Sequence record: NC_048048.2
Strand: one strand, 5' to 3'
Length of the DNA stretch: 64,000 nucleotides
Shown here: piece by piece, positions 63,100 to 64,000 of the stretch
Numbering within the stretch: the stretch's first letter is position 1
Layout: every line of letters starts with the position of its first letter
The notes under the pieces: model-generated
The model's database searches: none
Told to the model about the DNA's origin: nothing
What the model saw: only the letters and a program-made list of their open reading frames with translations
Made by a program: the position numbers and the translations under genes

Positions 63100-64000
63100 G
63101 CCGCGCCCCGCGCCTCGATCGCCTTCAGATAATCCTCGCCGGCCAGGAAGACTTCGACGTTTTCCTGGTCGTCGCCTTTTTTGATGTCCTTCATGTTGGA
63201 CTTCAGGACCGAGGCATGCTTGGTCAGCATGTCCATCTCGCCCGATCCATCACGCTTGACGACCCCGACGCGAACGGCGCCGGCCGTCTTGCGCACATCC
63301 TCGATGGGCCGGTCAATCAGCACATAGGCCACCTTGACGCCCTTGGGCGCCAGCTTGGCCAGCGCCACGCGATCGGCGCGCCGGATATTCGTGGCGTCCA
63401 CCACCGTCGGCAGGCCGCCGTCCATTCGCGCCGCGACCACCTTGTGAACGGCGGCGAAGACCGCCGCATTGCGGTCCTGGATGTGCGGCGAGCCGGTCAG
63501 GAGGCGCCGGAACGCGTCCGACGAGACGATCGTCGCCGGATCGAAGTGGCGGCTGGCGAAGGTCGACTTGCCTGCGCCCGAGATGCCGATCAACACCGTC
63601 AGCAGCGGCACGCCCCCGTCGACATACACGCCATAGGGCCGCACCCTCGGCGGTTCGTCGAAGTCGCCCGGCGCGACCTGGAAGCAGGCCACGCCGTTGT
63701 CGCGCCACATGTCCACGACCTTCTGACGATCATCGAAGATCGCGTCGGGCTCGTTGCCCAGGGCGCGCTCCTCCAAGAGCCAGGACAGCTTCAGCTTCTC
63801 GTCGGGCGTGTTGTCGCCTTCCACCCGCATGCGCTTGAGGTGTGCGCGATCGATGCCCTGGGCCTCCAGCCACACCGCCGATTTTTCGAAAACGATATCG
63901 CTGCGGCCCGACCAGATTTCGACTCGGTGGCCAGCCTGGATCAGGTCCTTCATGATGTTGAGGACGGCGTGGACCGGCTCGTCCTGATCGCAGGCCTGGA
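63036..64000 (-). CDS. Polynucleotide kinase/3'-phosphatase-like RNA repair protein; 5' end lies beyond the window
   Basis: T4 PseT-type HAD segment (SGR...R..GD.TPD..LK...FDDRQKVVDMWR..G..CFQVA.GDF) followed by a P-loop kinase (LIGISGAGKST...SSD..R...VVDATN); frame is open to the window end. Confidence 0.85.
   Translation of the reverse strand, partial: QACDQDEPVHAVLNIMKDLIQAGHRVEIWSGRSDIVFEKSAVWLEAQGIDRAHLKRMRVEGDNTPDEKLKLSWLLEERALGNEPDAIFDDRQKVVDMWRDNGVACFQVAPGDFDEPPRVRPYGVYVDGGVPLLTVLIGISGAGKSTFASRHFDPATIVSSDAFRRLLTGSPHIQDRNAAVFAAVHKVVAARMDGGLPTVVDATNIRRADRVALAKLAPKGVKVAYVLIDRPIEDVRKTAGAVRVGVVKRDGSGEMDMLTKHASVLKSNMKDIKKGDDQENVEVFLAGEDYLKAIEARGAAYAASEALSVAQMVMGVTQGA

Overview
64 kb, high-GC segment of a large siphophage of an alphaproteobacterial host, best matching the phiCbK-like/Dolichocephalovirinae giant Caulobacter-type phages (inferred from gene order, a GTA-like baseplate and a G-1-less tRNA-His). 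Layout: large beta-rich virion/appendage proteins (1-14.4 kb); an accessory translation region with 24 tRNAs in four clusters, a stand-alone class II aaRS-like domain and an ~840-nt structured non-coding RNA (GOLLD-like) (15-27.3 kb); PhoH, neck, tail tube, frameshifted chaperone, tape measure, GTA-like baseplate with two tandem hub/host-specificity paralogs and two fibres (28-56.4 kb); six glycan-modifying enzymes (56.4-61 kb); a lysis cassette; and a Pnkp-like RNA repair gene. Main discovery: the two large tRNA operons are each preceded by an unannotated short leader ORF whose codons are read by exactly the tRNAs encoded downstream, overlapping mutually exclusive hairpins. This looks like a multiplex ribosome-stalling attenuator that switches on phage tRNAs when the matching host tRNAs are depleted. 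The sequence match is directly visible; the regulatory function is inference.
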